A DNA stretch of 64,000 nt, from the NCBI GenBank assembly GCA_963844445.1, contig CAWJOB010000001.1, positions 27,500 to 91,499 on the forward strand, read 5' to 3'. This document shows positions 59,318-64,000 of the stretch, one piece after another. Position 1 is the first letter of the stretch. Each line of letters begins with the position of its first letter. The position numbers and the translations under genes were made by a program. The stretch is from an uncultured Gemmatimonadales bacterium (GTDB lineage: Bacteria; Gemmatimonadota; Gemmatimonadetes; Gemmatimonadales; GWC2-71-9). Under the pieces are notes generated by a model that searched no databases, had not been told where the DNA came from, and saw only the letters and a list, made by a program, of their open reading frames with translations.

Positions 59318-60166
59318 TTAGCCCGATGCACGCGCGACTAAATAGGCGTACAGCTGGCGGAGCTCCTGGTCGGTAAAATGGCTGAACCGCTGGCGTGCCA
59401 CCGAGCTCATCAGGGGCAATTCACGGTTGCCAATCGCCGTGCCCGTCTGCATGAAACGCCTGAAGGTCTCCAACGAGTAGCCCGCGGCGATTTGCAGGTT
59501 GGGAGCAGGGCCACTCCCGCCAAGGTCGAGTCCGTGGCATTCGGTGCAGCTGGTCCGTGCCAGGTACCCTCCTGGCGCAGTGGAGTCGTCCTTCTGGGGC
59601 CACATGCCGTCAAGCCGGGCGGCGCGACGCACCAGCTCAGCCGCGGGCCGCAACTGTCCCGCGACGAAGGCGATCCGGGCAACCGGACCCAGACGCCGCT
59701 CGGGTGCCAGCCCTGGACGGGGTGATACGCTGCGGAGATAAGCGAGGATCCGGCCGAGATCCTCGTCGGTCAACCCGCTGAACATCTCCGAGGGCATGCC
59801 GATGACGCTGGAGCCATCGGGGAGTACTCCACGCCGGATGATGCGCGCGAGGTCGGCATTGGAATACCTGCGCACGGCGGCGGTCAGGCTCGGCGCGATC
59901 AGGCGGGCGAGAAGCAGGTTGTCGATGAACACCCCACCCTCAATCTGCATCCCGTGGCAACCGCCGGAGCAACCGCGAATCAGGGCGAGCCGTCGGCCCT
60001 CGAGTACCGATTGTGAGTCGCTGGGCACAGAGATGTCTACTCGCGGCTCTACATAGGTCCTGCGGAGAAGCCGCTCAGACAGGAGGTACACGATCGCACT
60101 GCCCACAACCAGCAGGAGCAGGCTCGAGAGGAGCCCGACGCGCAACCAGTGGTAGATGGCCTTCAT
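59318..60166 (-). CDS. Membrane-anchored dihaem c-type cytochrome
   Basis: It starts at ATG 60166 with an N-terminal TM helix. The two CxxCH motifs are 'CSGGCH' and 'CTECH'. Confidence 0.8.
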   Translation of the reverse strand: MKAIYHWLRVGLLSSLLLLVVGSAIVYLLSERLLRRTYVEPRVDISVPSDSQSVLEGRRLALIRGCSGGCHGMQIEGGVFIDNLLLARLIAPSLTAAVRRYSNADLARIIRRGVLPDGSSVIGMPSEMFSGLTDEDLGRILAYLRSVSPRPGLAPERRLGPVARIAFVAGQLRPAAELVRRAARLDGMWPQKDDSTAPGGYLARTSCTECHGLDLGGSGPAPNLQIAAGYSLETFRRFMQTGTAIGNRELPLMSSVARQRFSHFTDQELRQLYAYLVARASG

Positions 60167-60275
60167 GGCTCCGTCCGAACTGTGGGCGGATCGCGGCTCG
60201 ATCGCCCTCTCGCCGCTGTCGCAGCGATTCTGGGGAGCCGCGGTCCGGCGACTTCGAGCTTAGAACAGACTGAGT

Positions 60276-60767
60276 TCAGGGTCCCACTGGACTGGGACCG
60301 CTGTCCCCGGGATCACCGTCCTCCAGCTCCTTGGTACCGAGATAGGTCCCTTTCTGGGCATCGTAGAGATTGATCCGAATGACCACCCCGGCCCGCTGCG
60401 GGTGCGTGACGCGGACGTGCACCACCCGCGTGTCATCCTTCGGCCGATAGAGCACCCAGGTACCGGGTGGCGCGCTCGCGCCGGCTTTCCCGCACTCCTG
60501 CGGCGGCGGCTGTGCGCCTGCCTCACGGTCGGGATACCACACTCGACATTCTCCGGGTCGGGGAAGCTGCGCCTCCGGAATACCGAGTGGTCCGACCTTA
60601 TCACGGTCCCCTTGGGCTTGGCGTTCCTCGATCTCGATCACCTCCGCATCGGGCGCGGGCGGCGTGGACCGTGGAGCGCAGGCCGACAGGGCCAAGACAA
60701 TCAGTGCAGTGGACACCAGGGCTATCGACGGACAGGCGCAGGCTCGCAATGGGCTTCCACAGGTCAT
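60276..60767 (-). CDS. Lipoprotein, hypothetical
   Basis: It starts at ATG 60767 with the lipobox 'VLALSAC'. It has 'GIPEAQLPRPGECRVWYPDREAGAQPPP'. Confidence 0.5.
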   Translation of the reverse strand: MTCGSPLRACACPSIALVSTALIVLALSACAPRSTPPAPDAEVIEIEERQAQGDRDKVGPLGIPEAQLPRPGECRVWYPDREAGAQPPPQECGKAGASAPPGTWVLYRPKDDTRVVHVRVTHPQRAGVVIRINLYDAQKGTYLGTKELEDGDPGDSGPSPVGP

Positions 60768-60826
60768 GGGGCCATCCCTAGATATGCCGTTATTGCCGGA
60801 ACTCCTCCACCACGAGCGCGATCGCG

Positions 60827-61483
60827 TCAGGACCCCAGCTCCAGCATGAACCCCACCCGGGCCAGCATGTCTGCCTGAAAACCGGAATCAAAGGTGGGCC
60901 CTCCTTCCTGGCGCAAGCGGAGCGAGTACAAGTAGCTCTGGAAGCCGAGCGTCAGGTGCGCGTGCCGTACCAGGGCGAAATCGCTGCCCAGACCGAGGAC
61001 GCCCGCGACATTGCTCGGCCGTTCATAGGCCTCGTAGAAGTCGCCGCTGCGCCGAACTACCCCCACTCCCGCGCCCACGTGTACCCGCCCCTGAAGCGAG
61101 GGAACATCGAGGGGGACAAGGAGCTGTAAGGCGCCGGCACTGACCCGCGCGGACTGCTCCGCATCCTGTGACCCGAACTGCTCTCGGGTCCGCACCACAC
61201 TGGAGGTGGTCCCCCACTGGACGGAGAGCCCAATACGCGAGACGAACCAAACCGTCCCCTGCGCACCGACCGCGACCGCTGTGCCCTGGCGGCTCCTCGC
61301 GGGCGGCAGCTCGAACGGACCCGGAAAGGGGGCGCTGGGAAACGAACCTATGGGGGCGTAGAAGCCCACATAGGGTCCAACGTCGAACCGCACCTGGGCG
61401 GCGATTGCGCCTGGAGTGAGATGGCCGAGCAGCACGGCGCCGAGGCTCAGCCACTGATGGCGGCAGAGGTGGGGTGACGTCAC
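60827..61483 (-). CDS. Small outer-membrane beta-barrel protein, hypothetical
   Basis: The candidate start is GTG 61483 with a signal-like 'LSLGAVLLGHLTPGAIAAQ'. The strands alternate, and the C-terminal strand is '...ARVGFMLELGS'. Confidence 0.45.
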   Translation of the reverse strand: MTSPHLCRHQWLSLGAVLLGHLTPGAIAAQVRFDVGPYVGFYAPIGSFPSAPFPGPFELPPARSRQGTAVAVGAQGTVWFVSRIGLSVQWGTTSSVVRTREQFGSQDAEQSARVSAGALQLLVPLDVPSLQGRVHVGAGVGVVRRSGDFYEAYERPSNVAGVLGLGSDFALVRHAHLTLGFQSYLYSLRLRQEGGPTFDSGFQADMLARVGFMLELGS

Positions 61484-61668
61484 CCTGGCTTCTTCTCCGG
61501 TGTGGAAGCAAAGCGGAAACCTACACGCGCCGGTGCAGGGATCGTCAGGGCGGGCACGCCGGTGTCCTGCCGCACGGCAGCAACAAGCGGGAGGTGCCAT
61601 CCTTCGGTGGACCGGAACGATGGAATGTGAATCCGCTGGAGGGGGATGTCCATTAGAAAGGGACGGCG

Positions 61669-62493
61669 ATGAGGGAGGAGCTGCAGAGCCTGCAAGAAGC
61701 TTTGGGGAACCGCTATCAGTTGTCTCGAGAAATCGGTCATGGCGGGATGGCGACCGTGTTCCTGGCGGAAGATACCGCACGCGGGATGCTCGTAGCGATC
61801 AAGGTGCTCCGGCGCGAGCTGACTGCGATTCTCGGGTCCACCCGGTTTCAGCGGGAGATCGAGATTCTCTCCCGGCTCGAGCACCCGAACATCGTGCCGG
61901 TGCTCGATTCGAGGCAGGCCGGAGCGCGGCTCTACTTTGTCATGCCCTACATTTCCGGCGACAGCGTTCGCGGACGGCTCGTGCAACAAGGGCCGTTCCC
62001 TTTGGAGGAGGTAATTCGGATCGCTACCGACGTCGCCGGAGCGATCGACTACGCACACGCCCAGGGGGTGCTGCACCGCGACATCAAGCCGGAAAACGTC
62101 CTGCTCGAGGGGCCCCGGGCGCTGGTGTGCGATTTCGGCGTCGCTCGTGCCATCGAGGTGGCCGGTGCCGAGTCGAGCTCGTCGAGTGGACTCGTGGTCG
62201 GCACTCCAGCGTACATGAGCCCGGAGCAGGCCACCGGGGGCGAGGTGGACGGACGGTCGGACATCTACTCCCTGGGGTGCGTGATCTACGAGATGCTGGT
62301 GGGTGACCCGCCCTTTGCCGGCGCGACGGCCCAGGCCATTCTCGCACGGAAGCTGGGTGAGAGGCCGCGAAACCTTCGCACGGGACGGCCGGATGTGCCC
62401 CGCGACGTCGAGGCAGCCGTGTTCCACGCACTGGATAAGGATCCGACCAGGAGACCGGCGAGCGCCGGCCTGCTGGTCGAAATGATGACCTGA
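61669..62493 (+). CDS. Ser/Thr protein kinase (catalytic domain only)
   Basis: This intact 274-aa ORF has 'GHGGMATVFLA', 'VAIKVL', 'HRDIKPEN', 'DFGVA' and 'GTPAYMSPEQ'. Confidence 0.85.
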   Translation: MREELQSLQEALGNRYQLSREIGHGGMATVFLAEDTARGMLVAIKVLRRELTAILGSTRFQREIEILSRLEHPNIVPVLDSRQAGARLYFVMPYISGDSVRGRLVQQGPFPLEEVIRIATDVAGAIDYAHAQGVLHRDIKPENVLLEGPRALVCDFGVARAIEVAGAESSSSSGLVVGTPAYMSPEQATGGEVDGRSDIYSLGCVIYEMLVGDPPFAGATAQAILARKLGERPRNLRTGRPDVPRDVEAAVFHALDKDPTRRPASAGLLVEMMT

Positions 62494-62639
62494 GGTGCGT
62501 GGAGGCGCTACCCCCAGCTTGATGACAATGCCCCACCATCGCGGAAACACATTCCGGCCAGAACCTCCAGCATCGCTCCGAGTCCGTACGCGATGAAGAA
62601 CGATCCGAGAACCCAGATCGGATGCACATGCTCGACGTC

Positions 62640-62769
62640 CGCAGGGCCGAGGCGCTCGAATTCGCCGGACGTGCCGCCCGCGGTCGAGGCGGCCATCCGG
62701 CGCGCACTGGCGAAGCTCCCCGAGCGGCGCCCTGCCAGCGCGATGGAGTTCGTAGACCTACTTCGGTGA
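62640..62769 (+). pseudogene. C-terminal remnant of a second Ser/Thr kinase gene
   Basis: Manual translation gives 'SPDVPPAVEAAIRRALAKLPERRPASAMEFVDLLR*'. This parallels 'RPDVPRDVEAAVFHALDKDPTRRPASAGLLVEMMT*' of the upstream kinase. No N-terminal kinase sequence precedes it. Confidence 0.55.
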
Positions 62770-62844
62770 GCACCAGCGGGGGCGCGGCAGCGCCAGATCA
62801 GCGCTGCCACGTCCGGGGAGCGACCGACCTTCGCCAGGTTGCGC

Positions 62845-63078
62845 TCAGGGCTTGTAAGGTGGCTTCGGCGGGGGTGATACCCCGGTCGGCGTACCACCCG
62901 CGAGATCATCTAGCGCTTCTATCACTTCCAGTCCCCACGCTTCCCAGGCCGCGGCCCAAGCGTTCAGGGTTTCGCATTGCTGTTTCGGTCCGCCGCCGGG
63001 ACAGTCGACAGGCTCATAGGGATCGGGCTTGGCTCTCGTCGCCTTCCCATGAGGTCCCTTTGCTTTTTCGCTCTTCAT
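62845..63078 (-). CDS. Hypothetical small protein
   Basis: This 77-aa ORF reads 'MKSEKAKGPHGKATRAKPDPYEPVDCPGGGPKQQCETLNAWAAAWEAWGLEVIEALDDL...'. I recognise no family. Confidence 0.35.
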   Translation of the reverse strand: MKSEKAKGPHGKATRAKPDPYEPVDCPGGGPKQQCETLNAWAAAWEAWGLEVIEALDDLAGGTPTGVSPPPKPPYKP

Positions 63079-63096
63079 GTGCAGCCCCCTTTTCGG

Positions 63097-64000
63097 CTAG
63101 TGAGAGTGGACTCCGACCGCCACCGGTCGCGGCGCGTCCAGCCGCTTCAACCTCGACCGGTAGCGAGCGGCGAGATCGGCCCGCCCCATTGCCTCGGCAG
63201 CCCTAGCGCGCACCTCGAGGCTCCGCCGCAGATGCAGCAGATATACCAGTGGCTGAGGCGAGTCTATTTGCGATGCCACGCGGAGCGCGTCAGCGAAGCG
63301 CCGTTTAGCGAGGAGCAGTTCCGCCAACACCATGCGCTCCTCGCCGAGCGACTCCTCGAGCTGCCACTCGATGTCCGTTCCGGGTGCGGTGGCCCTCAGC
63401 TTCTCCAACATTCTGAGCGCCTCGTTGGAGTCCCCCGCCAAGAGGGGCAGGCGGGCGGCCAAGGTCGCGGCCGCCAACGAGTCTATCCTCCCCTGAGATG
63501 AATCGCGCTTAGTCTCGAGGGCTCCGACAATCGCCGCCAACGCGGCCGAATCACCGATACGCGCGGACCACCCACCCAGCAGCCATAGCCTTGGCGTGTC
63601 CAATCGCTGGTACTCGCGACCCAAGGCCGCCGCCTGAGTCCGGGCCTCAGCGTGAAATCCAGCCCCGGAGGCGGCGTCGAGCAGGAACAGAAGTCGGCCG
63701 GGAAGGCCGGCCGCTGACTCAGAGGTGAGGAGGGCGGAGACCTCCCGGCTCCGTCCCAGGGCGATCCAGAGACTCTGCAAGCCCACGAGCGCACCCCAGC
63801 GCTCGCCCACCAGGGTAGGGTCGACCTGCAGGACCGCGTGGAACGCCGCTTCGCCGCATTCGGGCTGGGATGCGCCGACAGCGAGGAGCTTCCCGGCCGC
63901 AAGCACGTCCAGGGCGTTGTGCCGAGTCGCGCCGGCCCAATCGACCGACCGGGTTCCGCCCCGGACGCATTGGACCATGAGACCCAACGGGTTCCCCAGC
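63097..64000 (-). CDS. Helical-repeat (TPR-like) protein, 5'-partial (open to the window edge)
   Basis: The reading frame stays open through position 64000. It is rich in Ala/Leu helical repeats ('EALRMLEKLRATAP', 'LAELLLAKRRFADALRVA'). Confidence 0.5.
   Translation of the reverse strand, partial: LGNPLGLMVQCVRGGTRSVDWAGATRHNALDVLAAGKLLAVGASQPECGEAAFHAVLQVDPTLVGERWGALVGLQSLWIALGRSREVSALLTSESAAGLPGRLLFLLDAASGAGFHAEARTQAAALGREYQRLDTPRLWLLGGWSARIGDSAALAAIVGALETKRDSSQGRIDSLAAATLAARLPLLAGDSNEALRMLEKLRATAPGTDIEWQLEESLGEERMVLAELLLAKRRFADALRVASQIDSPQPLVYLLHLRRSLEVRARAAEAMGRADLAARYRSRLKRLDAPRPVAVGVHSH

Overview
I recognise no rRNA, tRNA, CRISPR array, transposase, integrase or phage module in this window. 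Its main property is that it is a compositional and taxonomic mosaic.

(A) 1-21,246 is about 70% GC in hand-counted 60-nt samples. Its genes look like those of a high-GC actinobacterium: SPFH protein, AAA+/vWA pair, ABC1 kinase, S8 protease, NarL-type two-component system, ABC-2 exporter, msrA, collagen-like protein and metB. Almost every gene longer than about 0.9 kb is interrupted by 1-5 apparent single-base frameshifts.

(B) At about 21,246 the metB-like gene stops mid-domain. It abuts, tail to tail, a 3'-truncated gene of about 50% GC for a Vps62-like secreted protein. From 21.2 to 29.0 kb there is a patchwork of low- and mid-GC unknown genes, gene fragments, an HNH endonuclease and an HD-GYP phosphodiesterase.

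(C) 29.0-49.2 kb is high-GC and looks Gemmatimonadota/Acidobacteria-like; this assignment is inferred from gene style, not searched. It holds a sigma-54 activator, a hydrogenase-like Fe-S/GGDEF sensor, Ser/Thr kinases, mog-gcvT-argF and a tandem-duplicated amidohydrolase. Most of its long genes are intact.

(D) 49.2-64 kb is mid-GC. It holds lipoproteins, a cluster of orphan receiver domains with two paralogous small 'YPYL' proteins, a spermidine-synthase-like membrane protein, a dihaem cytochrome c and more Ser/Thr kinases.

The best candidates for something new are:
- the Fe-S (degenerate [FeFe]-hydrogenase-like) diguanylate cyclase operon;
- the orphan-receiver / YPYL-protein cluster;
- a heptad-built palindromic element family that supplies the stop codons of gcvT and argF.

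The breakpoint at about 21.2 kb and the uneven indel load should be treated as possible assembly artefacts before any biology is inferred. All product calls come from motif recognition by eye; no database search was possible.
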